From NCBI GenBank assembly GCA_965153285.1, contig OZ229113.1: a stretch of 64,000 bases of DNA; one strand, given 5' to 3'. The stretch comes from Podarcis tiliguerta (Eukaryota). A program made the position numbers and the translations under genes. The stretch's first letter is position 1. Every line of letters starts with the position of its first letter. This document shows positions 42,223 through 56,435 of this stretch, piece after piece. The notes under the pieces were generated by a model, which was not told where the DNA came from, did no database searches, and saw only the letters and a list, made by a program, of their open reading frames with translations.

Positions 42223-43979
42223 GCTACAATCTGGTGTGTATTTCCATTTCTAATCTGAACCTGAGGCTGAGACCAGATCCCAGAGCCACTACAAGAGTTG
42301 TCCCCTCATGCTTTTGCTGAGTGTCTACTACTCAGTCAATGCTTATGCAGTGACACAAATGAGCAGTCAGTGGATTGGGTGGTGGGTGATGGAGGAAAGC
42401 AAGATGAAGCACATTCAAATAAAAAGCTGTGGAATAACCATAAGGAAAAATAGGAAAATGTTTCCAGGCCTATCACTCTTTTCCAGCAGTCTTACTTCTA
42501 ACTTTGTATTAATTGCCTTCCTTTGAAATGTAACTGCTTTGTAAGTCTAATTAAGAGTGGGCCTACCCATGCTCTGCTCTGTGCAAACATGTGGGTGCTG
42601 CCATAGTAACCGTAAAGGAACACTGAGAAGAAGCTCTCTCTGATTAATGTAATTACACAGCGTGTGCGTATATAATGCCTTTAAACACAACTTACTTCTG
42701 CATGAAAAAGAAAGATGAAATGTCAGTATTCTGTGTTGCATGTTTCTTAACTTTCTGAAAAATACGATTGGAATGTATTGATGTGCATTATCAGCAGCTG
42801 CAGCTTGTATTATGCAAAACATTTTTGCACAGTTAAGTGAAGCTTGCGCAGATGGAATCAGGAGCAGGAATGGAGTGGAGGGGGGGAGATGCGGGCTTTG
42901 AATGAAATAGCGGCACTGATGTAGGACATTCAGTGGGTGCATATGGGTTGGGCTTCAGAGAACACACAGAAAGACTTCTGCAAATCTTTTGGGTAGAGTG
43001 ACACTGATTGACTATGAATCCCTTCTATGGCTTTGGTGTCTCAACAGCTAAGTATGGGTGTGCATGAATTATTTTATTCACAGGAAATCAAGGAAGCGGA
43101 ATTGTTTATTCCAATGTTATCGCCATGTAATTAAATACTTGCAGCATGTACTACTTGTCATCTAATGTCCAGAAGCCTCTCCAATTCCCACTCCTTGTCC
43201 CTAGATCCTCTTCCACTCATCTGGACTTTGCTGCCACCTCCACCCTGTCTCCTTCACTATGTTAGTTAACTGAGGTATCTCAATGTGGTACTTTGGAGCT
43301 GGAAAAGATCCAGTCAAACTGCCCAGGCTGGCTCACTGCAGGAATGCTGACGGGGCCCAGCAAGTTCCAGTATCACACTATCAGCCTTCTAAAATGGCGA
43401 AAGGCATGTGCTGCAGTCCGTGAAGGCCCATTTCTCAGGACAAATTTGCAGAAGTGCTATGGTCAGTACTGGTGCAACCTGACTGTTTCTCTGTATATCA
43501 CAGCTTTGATGCTTGACGCACATCTGTAGCTTAAAAGAATCTTGGTTTTTACTTTCATTGTTCACTGTCAACATCAGCTGCTATTGGAAGATGGGATGTG
43601 GTCTGGTCACCAATTCAAACTACTATAACCCTCTCTGAATGGTCCAGGCAGAAGGATGTGGAGTATTTCATTCAAGGATCTGTCAATCAGATCACTAAAC
43701 AACTACGTCATGGTATGAAGCAATGTGTGAAATTAACAATAGGACCAATGACATGCTCAACGTTATGGGAGTGGTGATTCTAGGACCAATGTGAAATTGT
43801 CAAGTTCCTTTGTTACTGTTTTGCTATCGGATTTTGGATGTCGTTTTATTATATTACTGACATTGTTTTTGCACTGTTTGGTTCTGAAATGCATTCCTGT
43901 TTTCTTTGTTGTAAGCTACTTTGAGCGTGGTGTGTGTGTGTGTAAAGCAGCATACAAATAAAATTATGAATGAATGAAT

Positions 43980-44105
43980 GAGAGTCAGTGGGGTGTAATG
44001 ATTAAAGAGATGACCTAAGAGGTCAGGATTCAAATCTGCATTCAGTGTTCTTGGGCTAGTCACAATCTCTCAGCCTAATCTACCTCAGAGTGTTGTTATG
44101 GTGAT
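43980..44105 (+). mobile_element. Degenerate Squam3/MIR-like SINE 5' part
   Basis: gagagtcagtggggtgtaatg...cttgggctagtcac...ctcagcctaatctacctca is homologous to the 38510-38768 copy. Confidence 0.65.
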
Positions 44106-45124
44106 TGTTATCAGGATTTTCTCACAGCTATGGTAGCTATCTTGAAGTTTATGAATTCTTCTTGTTGTCACTCTGTTTCTGCTCTGGGAATCCTGATTTG
44201 ATGAAACCATGTCAGCACAGACATCAACAGCAAAGTATTTTGGGCAGTGTAATTTTTTTAACACTCTACCATTTAACAGCTTAACACCCAAACGTTGGAT
44301 CTCCGTGATGTCGTTATATAGGATGCATCCAATGGCTTGAATAGATTGTTAATCATAAAACAGAGGATAGAATTCCATCTGGCTGAATGAGCTTCTTGAA
44401 GTGGGAGGTCAGAGACAGGCTAATCTCCTGAATTTACTGCTAGCTTGGTTGAATTATTCATTGGAAGTAAATTATCTGGGAAAGAAAGCTCTATTCTCCC
44501 TGCTCATGAGCAGATCCGGACTTCCCTGGATTTATTTTTATACCCGATTGTTCTGTTCATCTGAATGAGCTTCAAAACATTCTCAAAGGCTTGCCTCAGC
44601 TATTTGTTAAACATTGTATTGTTTAAGCACACATTTAGGGTTTTGTGTTGCGCTGCAAGTGACAGGCTATGCCAGGAAATGTTTGCAATTATTAATTAAG
44701 GTGTGACACAAAATGGCCCAAATAGCCCATTTGGAGCTGTGAAATTTTCATAGAGTGCTTACTCTTATCAGCTTATAACATCCTTTAAGCCTCACAGTAA
44801 TGGGAGTAGAGTAATCATCTCCCTAGTCTTTCTCAGTGGGCAGCCATGTCTAAGAGCCTGGTTGAGACACTGAATGTAAAAGAAAGAAAGTGTGAGTAGT
44901 TCAATTTTGCACAATTAAGGTTTGGCATCGTGATCCTAGGTCAGTATGAGCTCAGCAAGCTTCAAAAAGCAAACCTGCTGATCTTTTCCGTCAGAGCATA
45001 GGAAATACTGAATAATAATGATTATCTAAGTGAGACTTCACTACATCGTGACTCCTGAAAGATAATGATCATGTGCATTGTGCTATCAAATGCTGTTGTC
45101 ATTAGCCATCAGTGTGCACACAGC

Positions 45125-45265
45125 GATAAGGTATCTGTGGCCCTCCAGATGGTTGCTAGACTATAAATCCCATCTCTCCTAATCATTGACCATGCTAGCT
45201 GGGGCTGATTGGAGCTGTAGTCAGTTCAATAACATCTGGAGTGTCACAGGTCTCCCAACTCTTGA
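45125..45265. mobile_element. ~130-bp palindromic MITE, same family
   Basis: ctgtggccctccagatg ... catctggagtgtcacag. Confidence 0.7.
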
Positions 45266-46207
45266 TTTACAGGGTGCAACAGGACTACATTCAAGGAGCA
45301 TATAACCTAAAATTCAACATGGGAAATAACAGAGAAAGAGGAGGGAAGTGGAGGTAGGCCGAGTTACAAACTGAGTTACAGCAGGGCAAGGGAACTAGGG
45401 GGTTGTACCAAAGGCTTTGCGGGTGGGTATTTATTTATTTCTTAGGTTTATATCCCACCCTTCCTTCCAAAAGAGCACAGGTCAGCAAGCATTGAGGGAG
45501 GCTCTGAATGAAGGACAATATGGAATCATGCATGTGTTCTGGGAGGCAGTTACAAGCATATGGGGCAGCAAGGGAGAAAGGGCAGAGTCTTTTAAGGAAG
45601 CAGGATACTTTTGGATTGTGGGTAATATTAATAGTAATAATAACTGGATGCCCAAATCTACATTATTCCAATGTGTAAAAGACTGGAGAATATACAGAAC
45701 TTTGGCCAATCAAGCAAGCGTTAGAATCTCCAGATTATGCAGCAAGCTAATACCATGGTATAGAGGCTGGAACTGGTCATTAGTGCTGATTTTTACAAAA
45801 CTACTCTTTGGAAATTTGGTGCTCTATTTCATTATTCTCATGAAGCGCTACAGAGGAACACCGAAGCAATACATTGAACAAACAGCACAGGTTAATGTTA
45901 GCCGGTTAGTTCTCTTCAGTGGTCACAATTTGTTTGCGTCATGAGTCATTTAAGTAGTTCAATAGTTTTTAATTCCCTGGCTCAAGTAAAAACAAATAGG
46001 CTACATTTTTCATCAAATCACTATTTGGCTCCTTATTTCCAATCCATTAATTTGCTCTAGGAGTAGTTCTTGTTATGTTTATGCTCAAAACAAGGGAATT
46101 CCACAGGAAATTGGAAACCAACCATAATGTGGGTAGGTTTTCTGTGAGAAATCACCACAATGTGCAATACAGAAATAATCCAGAACACGTGCCTGCAAAA
46201 CTCTATT

Positions 46208-46396
46208 GGCTGTGTACACACCATACATTTCAGTTTCCAAAGTACATTTAAAGCAGATTAACTTCCCCCAAAGAATCCTGAGAATTGTAGGTTACCTGTC
46301 ACAGAGTTACAATTCCCAGCACTCTTAACAGACTACACTTTCCAGGAATCTTTGGGGAAAGTCAATGTGTTTTAAATGTTTGGTGTGTATAAAGCC
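46208..46396. mobile_element. Palindromic MITE (PIF/Harbinger-like, superfamily tentative)
   Basis: TIRs ggctgtgtacacaccatacattt / aaatgtttggtgtgtataaagcc, inner arms ttcccccaaagaatcctg / caggaatctttggggaa, and TATT on both flanks. Confidence 0.75.
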
Positions 46397-49300
46397 TATT
46401 GGTTGTGCTTTACAATAACTTGGCAGTAAATTGCTTTTTTTAAAGTTACGCTAAATTTAGATCAGAAGTATATTGATCAAGAGTATTTTTGGTTCTGGAG
46501 GAAAAAAGATTATGGCATTAAGAATTTTTGCACACGTGTTTCTGATCCTGTTATTGTTGTTTCCATTTTAAAAAAGAATAGCTGTGACTAACATTTTCAG
46601 ATAAATGAATGAAAAAGATCCAGTGAGAAATGCATTATCTTTGTATGCATATGTATATGTCTAGATTACACCAGCACTAAAATTTGTCAATAGACAGTTT
46701 GATTGTAGAGAATATGGTTAATACTGATGGAAGCAAGTAAAAAATTAAATAGGTATAAAAGGAGAGTTCCTAGATACCAGTATCAAAGTTTGGGGCAAGT
46801 AGTCTTTGGTAAAAGAATCCCAACAGAGATTTAATATCACAAATTATGAAGCAAAGTAAAGCATGGAAATATAGGCTGTTAGACCTTTAAAACATGTTAT
46901 TCTAAGTTCCTTCCAAAGTTCCCTAGTTCCTCTAGCATAGAAAAATACCACGTTTAGTAAGTTAAAAACGGTTACAATCTCTTCAAAGGTCAGATTCATG
47001 TACTTTCAGGGGGAAATTGCACAGAAAGTAAAATTTGGCATAGTTACAGTGGTGAAAGTTATTACATTATTGGTATAGGAACTCAAGAATAGCGTGTGAG
47101 AGCCAAGTGGTCTAAGTTTGGAGCAATATGCTGAGCTTCTCGGGTAGACTTAAGGGGAGCAACAGGCTTGATTACCTTCCTCCCAAGGTGACAAGGAATG
47201 ACCTAGCTAAGCCTGGCAGGACAGCTCACTCTGTGACCTTATCCCCTTCATGCATTTAATAGAGTTAAGCATGTTGGTTATATGAGGCTGCTTATCCCAC
47301 AAATACTTAACATAAGTTGCTGCCACACTACAGTATTTTTCAACTCATGTTCAGGCACTGTACCAACAGGCAATTTACTATTACTATTTACTACTACTAT
47401 TACTATTACTTGAAAACCATTAGTAACTGAAAAGTAACCCGACCCATGAGTCACCGCAGACATGTCCCTGACACACACACACTTTTGGAACCAGGTCAAT
47501 GGAGTTGTCCACAGCAATGGGAAGTGGGAGAGACAATAAATCATAGATCCCTTGGGACCTGCTTGCAGGGGCTATAGCACTGAAGCCTTACATGTTTAAA
47601 TATGCAACAGAGATACAGAACCAAGGCATAGATGACATATCTATGGTCTCAAAGTACTGCTTCAAAGGGTGATTTATCCTAAATCTTTGAAGGTACAGAC
47701 CTTGGATGGATCATGTTTTCCTGAGCAAAATGCCTGCTCCTGCACATGCACTGCATGAACTTCTAATCCTGTAAACTGCTATTTTGAGGGTCTGAAAAGT
47801 TTGAAGACGAGTGTTTCATCTTTATGGATTCAAGAAGTAATTTTGGGGGGTATATTTGCACTGAAACAGGAATATAGTGCCTTATTATGCCATCTGCAAG
47901 CTTTGCAAATGTCTAATCACCAACATTCTCCGATTTACAAGATAGGCACAGCCTTAACTAATTGAAGCAAAAGAGTTTTTTTCAAGCATAATGAATTTTG
48001 AAAGCACAACTGCCTTTTTCTCTGGGACAACTCAACAGAGAAGATCTGTGTTCAATACATCATGACGCCAAGGCACAGATCTTTGTAAATAAATATCATG
48101 ACAATATTAGATGTGCCTAACATATCAATCGGTTGAAAAGTTACTCTGTAGAGAAAAGTGCCTTCTTGTTATTCAAGTTCCATACTAGTAAAAATAATGT
48201 GTGGCAGCTAAGCATTAAATATAACTTTAAAAGTTCCACAGTAAAAGGCTGCTTGTTACTGATGGAGGTTGTTAGCTTAGAGAACCAATTGCCATATGGA
48301 GAAAAACAGCATAATTTGTATGTTTCAGAGTGTGCATCTTGTACTTTCTCTCCATGGGCACAATCTGTCTTGTGTGGCTCCCATTCATTTCAATGGAGCC
48401 TGCACATGAGGACTTACCAGATAATGTATATTCTTTGTCTTTTAAAAAAATTGAATTTGTAGAAGCATGAAGATACAACCCCCACCCCACAACAGCAGTG
48501 CACCAGTCTGGCAGGCTGCAGATTTCCATGGTCTAAAGAGTGATGGCTCCTACCTAATCCTTAACTAGAGATGCCAGAGATTGAATTTGGTACGATTTGT
48601 ATGGAAAACATGTGCTCTTCTGCTGAGCTACGGCAAGGTGAACTGCAGCAAGTGCAGTCCTGAGATTCCACATGCAGCATCCACAATACTATGAAAGCCT
48701 ATGAAATGAATTACTATCAGGCATGGATGTTCTTTTGCTATGTCATTCCTGTGACGCTGCTATTCGCACATGGGCATTGCTGGTGGGTGCATTAATGACA
48801 TGCTTGTGAATAAGGTTCTAAATGTAAGTATATGACCTCGTGTAAAGTTGGGCATACAATGCACTGAGTTTTCAGAGATTTAATTCTTACCTTAAAGGTC
48901 ATGTTCTATTTTCAGTAAAGTGTTATATGGATTTTTAACAAGTATTGTACTATTCTGCTTTTTCTGACACTTAGCATTTCAACCGCAAATTATATGTAGG
49001 AATATGATCACTTTGGTTTGTATATGTTGTTAAACTACAGGTATTTGTATGTTGCTCATAATATGTCTTGAGTTCCACATATTTTTCATATATGATGGAG
49101 GCTAGAAACTAAGCTTGCCAATTTAGGTATATGCATTTGATGTAGTATTCGCTAATCACAAAACCTTGTGCCAATACACATTTATTAGGGTGTTATAATA
49201 TTCCTTATTGTTTTTCCTCAGAATAAGAGTATGACATCAACAGATAACAGACTTGCTCTGCGTCTTTGTAGTAAGCAACGTATTAGTTTTCACGTCCATT

Positions 49301-50252
49301 TTTTAATAAAAAAATCTAGATTAAAATTCAGTGAAGGAGATTGTATCAAATATATTTTCACATGGTCCAAAGCAGCCATGCAAAAACTCAAGTTATTGGT
49401 TGCTTTGACTTTTTCATCAAATATATGGAGAGCATATGTGACTGTGCAGCAACAAATCTACCCCAAACATTTGTCTTTTATTTGGCAAATATACATTTCA
49501 CAGAATGTACCTGTTCCTGAGGCTTGGGTGGCCTGAGGTAGGTCAGAGCTCTAAATATCTTTATATTTCCCCAGTGTGGTTCACAATTTCCTCTTGGGTT
49601 TACAATCAACACTCATTGGTCCTGCCTCTCTGATATGCTTATAAACCAAATTTAAGAAGTTAATTTACTAATGTATGTGTGTGTCAATTGTAGCAAATAC
49701 AATATTTTCTTCCACGACAGTCTTCATATGAAAAGAAACCTTGTTTTACTTCTTTGGATGTTTCGTGAATGTAATAGTTTTCATCTTCCCCACAGGGCTG
49801 TGACTAAGACTGTATTATATACTGAAGGGTACTGCTAAACCGTTTTTCAGCTCTCTGTGACATTTCCAGCCAGAAAGAATTTACTGGCACTTGTTTGAGG
49901 TGTCCTGCATTCTGCTTCCCATACTGAATACTAAGCTAATAACTCATAATTCAGGCTCCTTATCATCCCAGGCAATTAAACCCAAGAGCAGATGAATCAA
50001 ATCAACCTTATTCATATTCTTTTTCACTTCCATAGCCTAAATTTAAACTTTATGAACCAGACATCATATCATCATATTTCCAGATACAAACATAAATACC
50101 TTGGATGCAAAAATAGGTACTTTGCCATTATTGTGCTCTCTGTTCACTTTCACATTATCATGCTCCTTTTCTATAGGTTCCCATATTTTTTCTGTATACA
50201 TATTTTAAGGATTTTTTTTTATTAATACTGGATTGCTTTCATATATCCCACA

Positions 50253-50355
50253 TGTGGCCCTCTGGATGTTATTGGACTCCCAACTCCCATCAGCCCCATC
50301 CAGCATTAGACAATGGTCAAGGGTGATGGAGGGGCATAGGTTCTGCCTCCCACTG
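50253..50355. mobile_element. Palindromic MITE, same family, internally deleted
   Basis: tgtggccctctggatgttattggactcccaactcccatcagcccc...atggtcaagggtgatgg. Confidence 0.65.
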
Positions 50356-50817
50356 AGTAATAAAACTTACAATTTTTAAGCCTTTGAACCAGCAGCATTA
50401 CCAGGTTGTTTCTTTCTGTGCATCACTGCAAAATATTTACCAAACTTCAACACTCTGTTTTTAATGTTTGCATTTCCTGCTGCTAGGTTTTAACATTTCT
50501 GACATTCTAAGGAGGATATTTTATGTGGTCTTTGCATTTGTTTTATTCTTGTTTCTTATGGTTGCTTTCTGTATTTATGGGTGTTAGCTCCCCTGAACCA
50601 TCAATAAAAGTAATATATAAATTTGTCAAACAAATAAACAAACCCACAAATAGTGCTGTTCAGACACATTGGATTCCTACATTCTCTGGTTTTCTGGCAT
50701 TCTTCTCCATATGAATAGCACATTTGTAAAGAACAGAAGCCCTCTAGATGTTGCAGGACCACAATTCCCATTGGCCACAGCCAGTGTGACTAATGGTCAG
50801 AGATAAACCATCAAGTA

Positions 50818-51076
50818 CTGTATTTTTTGCTCTATAAGACGCACCAGACCACAAGACGCACCTAGTTTTTGGAGGAGGAAAACAAGGAAAAAAATATTCT
50901 GAATCTCAAAAGCCAGAACAGCAAGAGGAATCACTGCACAGTGAAAGCAGCAATCCCTCTTGCTGTTCTGGCTTCTGGGATAGCTGCGCAGCCTGCATTC
51001 GCTCCATAAGACGCACACACATTTCCCCTTACTTTTTAGGAGGGAAAAAGTGAGTCTTATAGAGCAAAAAATACGG
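50818..51076. mobile_element. Tc1/mariner-superfamily (Tc2/pogo-like) MITE
   Basis: TIRs CtGTATTTTTTGCTCTATAAGAC ... GTCTTATAGAGCAAAAAATACGG, TA TSD at 50816-50817 and 51077-51078, and internal AAGACGCAC repeats. Confidence 0.92.
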
Positions 51077-52735
51077 TACATCTTGAGGCTCCCAGCCCTG
51101 GTTTAGGTACTAACTGGGCACAACTAGAAGTAGTTGTATCCAACTTCCTGCACATTCAAGCCCTGTTTGGAGGATTTAAACTAGTTTGTATGCACTGAAA
51201 TCCTTGGCAAGTAAAGAAACAGCATAGATTTGGAATAATTTACAATGTGTAGCTTTTGGAGAAAAACAGATGCTGATTTCCAGTCTGTTTTGTGACTTTG
51301 ATTGTTTCTAATATACATCTGCAATTCAGCTTGGTAAGACACCACTTACCAGCTAATGACCTATCAATCTGATGTGTATGGTTAGGAGTGGATATGTTTA
51401 GGGAAGACCAACTGCTATCGATTGTTGTTGTTTTTAAATCCCACTATTATTATCTAACCTATTCACCCAGTTTCTAAAGAAGATCAAGTTGAAATACGTT
51501 CGAATGGTGCGGGATGAAGAGGACCCATACAATACATAAATCTTTCAAACACTATACCGAAGGTGCCACAAATTTCTATCATCAATCCTTGTGTCTGAGT
51601 CTTTATATTCTTCTGTCCTGTTCTGTTCCTCACTATACGTATTAACTTTGAAGATTGTTCAAGAGCTGTGACATGCAGCTTCCATACATACTGTTACATT
51701 TCAGTCCAGCCAGTGACTTTTGAGACATATTGAATCACTTCTACAGCAACTCTGTGCTCTGATCAAAGCTGTTTAATTCCTAGACCACAAATGAAATTCT
51801 CCTGAGTGATGTCTTGACCTGAAATGTAGATGTCCCATCTTCTGCTGGAGCAACATTAAAACAAGGCTACTAAACTTTATGCCCATTTGTCTTGAGAAAT
51901 TCACAGTTCCTAATACTACAGAATTTCCTACTGCTACTCCAACATTTCACAAATAATGAATCCAGTTTCCTCTCATAACTTCTCTCCTACATCACTCTAC
52001 ACGAGTCTTGCTGCAGATATACAAAAAAGAACAAGGCTAGAGGGCTTTGGAGTGGCCCTAAAGAGACTGAGTCAAGATCCCAAGGAAAACAGACGCTTTT
52101 AAGGTATCCAGAGGGATAGATCTTCAAAATAGTTTTCACAATCTGCTACAGAGCATATAGTGTCAAAAGAGAATCATCCTCATATCCCATCCTTATCACA
52201 TTCCCAATTATCAAAATGCTTTATGAACATTATCTGAGGACTTTTAGAGAAGAGAATATCTTCTTCAGTAGGAAAAGACAAAACAGATGGAAATGACAAT
52301 TTGCTGCTGTTGTTTTCTTTTTCATGGAAGATAGCTGACACACTAAATAGAATGGTTAAGCTTCTGCCTACTACAGCAGCAAACTTCATTCGAAGCTGTT
52401 TCAATGATGGGATGAGTCATATGCTATGGAAAGTGTGCTGACTGTTCTAATATTGGTACTATATGACATGCACCCACTCAACTTCATCACCGTGCTCCAA
52501 ACAAAGTTAATGAACACCAAGAAGCCTTAGGAACATTACCTCTTTGGGCAAGGTCTTTTCCCATCCAAAACTTCAAAGACCTCACACTTGAGACACATTA
52601 ATTTGAGACTGTAATAAATAAATCAAAAAGTTATTTCATTTCTCCAGTTTCCTTTTCAGAGTGAGTACAGATTTATATTCTGCCTTTCCTGACTACAGTA
52701 GGATGGTGTCTCATACGCATAGTATAGTGTGATGT

Positions 52736-53085
52736 GGGACACAGGTGGTGCTCTGGTCTAAACCACCAAGCCTCTTGGGCTTGCAGATCGGAAGGTTGGC
52801 GGTTCGAATCTGCATGACAGAGTGAGCTCCAGTTGCTCTGTGCCAGCTTCTGTCAACCTAGTAGTTCGAAAGCACACCAATGAAATTAGATAAATAGGTA
52901 CTGCTGTGGCGGGAAGGTAAATTGCATTTCTGTGTGCCAGAAGCGGTTTAGTCAAACTGGCCACATGACCTGGAAAGCTGTCTGTGGACAAATGCCAGTT
53001 CCCTCAGCTTGAAGCGAGATGAGCACCACACCCCGTAGTTGCCTTTGACAGGACTTAACCATCCAGGGGTCCTTGACCTTTTACC
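52736..53085 (+). mobile_element. Sauria/Squam1 SINE (older copy)
   Basis: gggacacaggtggtgc head, ggttcgaatc B box, accttttacc tail. 13-bp TSD tatagtgtgatgt / tatagtgtaacgt at 52723-52735 and 53086-53098. Confidence 0.9.
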
Positions 53086-56052
53086 TATAGTGTAACGTAT
53101 AGTGTGAAAAGTGCCCCCTTTTATGCATAGTTTTTCCCATTATCCAAAGCACCCTTTCCCCTAAGTATCATCTAAGTTGTCATTTGAACAAATTCCCATG
53201 TTTGTATGGAATGACACCCCCCCCCCAAGGTGTGTTATGTTGCTGTTGGAACTGCAACAGCAGAGTCCATTCTGTGTGCAATTTAAGGGTTAGTTCTGTT
53301 AGTGTTAGTCAACTAACCACAAGAGTGATGGGCAGAGGTGTTGTTTAGCAACCAAGTAGAGTGGCAAGATCTTTGCTAAGGTAGCATGTGCCCTGGTTGA
53401 CTATGTGGATTTGAGGGAGGCTTTCCTCTGTTTGTTTACTTGAATGTCTCACTGCTATGTACAGGGCCTGAAAAAAGACAAAACCTCTCTGTTCCTTTCT
53501 TCCGGCCTTGTATCTCTGTTCTCTGTCCGCATTACTTTGTTAAGAACTCCAGCCTTACAGCCCTTTCATCAGCAGGCTAAGATGTACCTCTTTGTTCAGG
53601 CTTTTGATGAGGTACATTATATGTGCTTTTATAGATGGTGCTGATTTAATGTATTCAGAATTCAGATTTTATATTGAATTCATTGTGGTTTTGCTTCTGT
53701 GCCCTGTCTTAGGACCTTTGAGTGAAGGGCAGCATCACATGACTTGCTGAAGAGCAAGCTGCTAAAAGTAATGAAGCTGTAGCAGTGTATTTTTCAAGGC
53801 ATGACACTATGTTTTATCGACGGGGGGAATCAATGCTGCAAAATTACTTCTCACACAACCATAAAAACTGCTGCTATGGTCTGCAGAAACCCCATGGGAT
53901 TGAGATTAATGCAGTAGGACACCTAAGAAACAGCTAGATGCCAGAGGATTTACCACCTCTACTAAAGTCTTTCAATATTCAACAACAACTTGCTTTGCTT
54001 GTTGCATTCTGCATTTCCCACGTTAGCCTTCATGCCAACAGAAAAGCAAAGAGCAAACCTAGGAAGACATTCATAGCAATGGGCAGTTTACACAGAGCTG
54101 ACTGCAGAGTATGGCTCTGCTCTGAGAAGATGCAAGTGAGCTAAACTGTGCACTGTGCTCCTGGTCTTCCAACAGTAAGCCTGCTCTCCTGACTGCTAAA
54201 AGCAGAAAACTCTAATTCAGACAAGTATCATATTTATTCAAATGAATACATCAAAGATTTGCTGCTTTAAGGACCTCGTAAATCGTAACATCGCCCCATA
54301 CAGACTTGAGAGGGAAATTCATGACTCATTCACTGCAAAGTGTATGCGTTGTTCCATCTACAATCTCCCACAACCTTTCCTCCTTAATAACACTCTGTAT
54401 CTATTGTTTTCTCATCTATGTTAGTTTTCCTAGTTATTTTCCTCATGTTCCTTCATAGTTTTTTTCAGAGCTCGATGCCCTTTTCAATATTTCCCCATTG
54501 TGTCTTGAACCCATCAAATATTTGCATCCCAGTGTACCTCTTCCCTTCTTTAGAGCTTTCTGCAGTTCATTCCAACGTAACTATCACCTGAGAATGCCAT
54601 TCTTACTCTGTTTGCTAGCTCCCCTGGGTCAGGTTCACGTCAACATACATGTAGTCACTGGATTTAGTTGTTTACAAAAACAAATGTCAGCCATTTTCAC
54701 AGAGGGTGAATTTGATATAGATACCAATAGCAGCTCAGCTAGCCTCTGGAGTTCTTAGAACAATTTTGCCAAGTAGCATTTGGGGATACTTTTTAATATA
54801 CTTTATAGTGTGGATTCAATAAACAAATTCAATTAAAAACTTGCCTGAATCTCATTACTTCTAAGTAATAAACCACACAACTGGTGCTGAGACCAAAACG
54901 CTAGAAATTTAGGTCATCCTCATACCTCCCATTGTCAAATCTCCTGAACACCAATTCATGCCATTTTCATTTCTTAGCGCTGATTTCAATAAGTGTGTGG
55001 ATTTTATGCATGGGTCGAACATCTCCAGGCAGACCCATTGTGTAGTACAACTGGAATTCAGTTCGTACTATTAGTTAATCCTGTGAAATAGTCAAGTAAC
55101 AAGTTTAGTATTGTCAGTTTCCTGTTTATATATTGTGCATTCCCCTGATCATCATGTGATGTTGCAAAGGATGTGTTTGTGGGCACGTAATGTTGTCAGA
55201 AGCAGTGCAAGCCCAGACTCATCTCCTGGTCCTAACATGGAATTTACCCACCCTTCCATTATGGTTAAGCTGACCCAATATAGAGAAGTATTTTGATGTA
55301 TTTGCAGTCTGTTTCTATACAGCCAAACTTGGTGCAATCCTGCTACTTCTATAGCTGCAAGCCAAAAATTCTTAGCACTTACAGATATTTGTAATGCGGA
55401 CCCTAAGAAGATTGTTCATGAAAATGTCTGGGGCACAAAGTTTAGCTTTATGAAAGCAGACAGCTGTCAACTTCTTAAGCCTGGAACATGTGAGGAGCTT
55501 TGCACAACTTGCCTCTTTCTGTTTCAAATCTTTTGTATGGATTGTAAAAGTGGCAGTCTAGTTGTCACCTAGAGAACATATATGGGAATACAGAACCTAG
55601 CTTGTGGTCTGAAGCTGCCCCAGTAAGTACAGCAGAGCTAGGTCATGGTTGCACAATATCTAATTACTGCATAGTAATTTCCATGTGAATATTTAATTAA
55701 AGTTTGCTTGCTTTGGAATGACCAGTTTTTAATAAGAACAGAATTGCACCTTTGAGTATATGTGTGAGGGGGTGAGGGACAGAGAAATAATTATTCTGCA
55801 GAAACTATACAGCAACTCTGTAAGCATGAGAACATTAACCAGTTTTGAGATAAGACTCTGGAACATGAGCCTGCTGTTAATGCTATGACTTTTGTCGTGT
55901 ATTTTTTTCAATTCTTTATCCCTCGTCAACCATACATAGTAGGTTTGTCCAGAAGAGAGGGGTTTTGCCCGGATCTAGTTAGTGAGGTTCATTGCTGAGC
56001 AAGGATTTGAAACTGGCCCAGGACTCCCAAATTTAAGGCCTAATCTCCTGCA

Positions 56053-56165
56053 ACAGGGATAGCCAACATGCTGCTTGCCAGATATTACTGAACTACAGCT
56101 CCCATAAGCCTCAGCCAATAGTCAATGATGATGTAAGTTGTAGTCCAGGAATATCCGGAGTGCAT
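56053..56165. mobile_element. Palindromic MITE, same family
   Basis: ccagatattactgaactacagct ... agttgtagtccaggaatatccgg. Confidence 0.65.
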
Positions 56166-56298
56166 TTATAATCCTTATTAACTGACTTGGGATATAGAGT
56201 CCCATTGTCAATTTTTTTAATGTTGTCTGCTAAGAGCCCCTTCAGACACCCTTTTACTACACATTCATTAGAATTTGTGTTCTTGACGCTATTGGGGT

Positions 56299-56435
56299 AG
56301 CTCACAGGTGACCTTGGGCTAGTCAGCTCCTCTCAGCCTAACCTACTTCACAGGGTTGCTGTGAGAATAATATTGGGGAGTTTATGCCACCTTGAGCTCC
56401 TTGAAGGAAAGGTGTGACATAAATGTAATAGTAAA
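56299..56435 (+). mobile_element. Squam3/MIR-like SINE 3' part
   Basis: ggtgaccttgggctagtca...ctcagcctaacctacttcacagggttgctgtgag...gccaccttgagctccttg plus an A-rich end. Confidence 0.7.

Noticed and set aside
45417-45944. 175-aa plus-strand ORF
   Set aside because: TTG start, begins in a SINE/LINE tail remnant, and has no domain similarity.
51470-51540. Exon-like stretch cag|FLKKIKLKYVRMVRDEEDPYNT*
   Set aside because: Short, with a weak polypyrimidine tract, no partner exons and no recognisable protein match.
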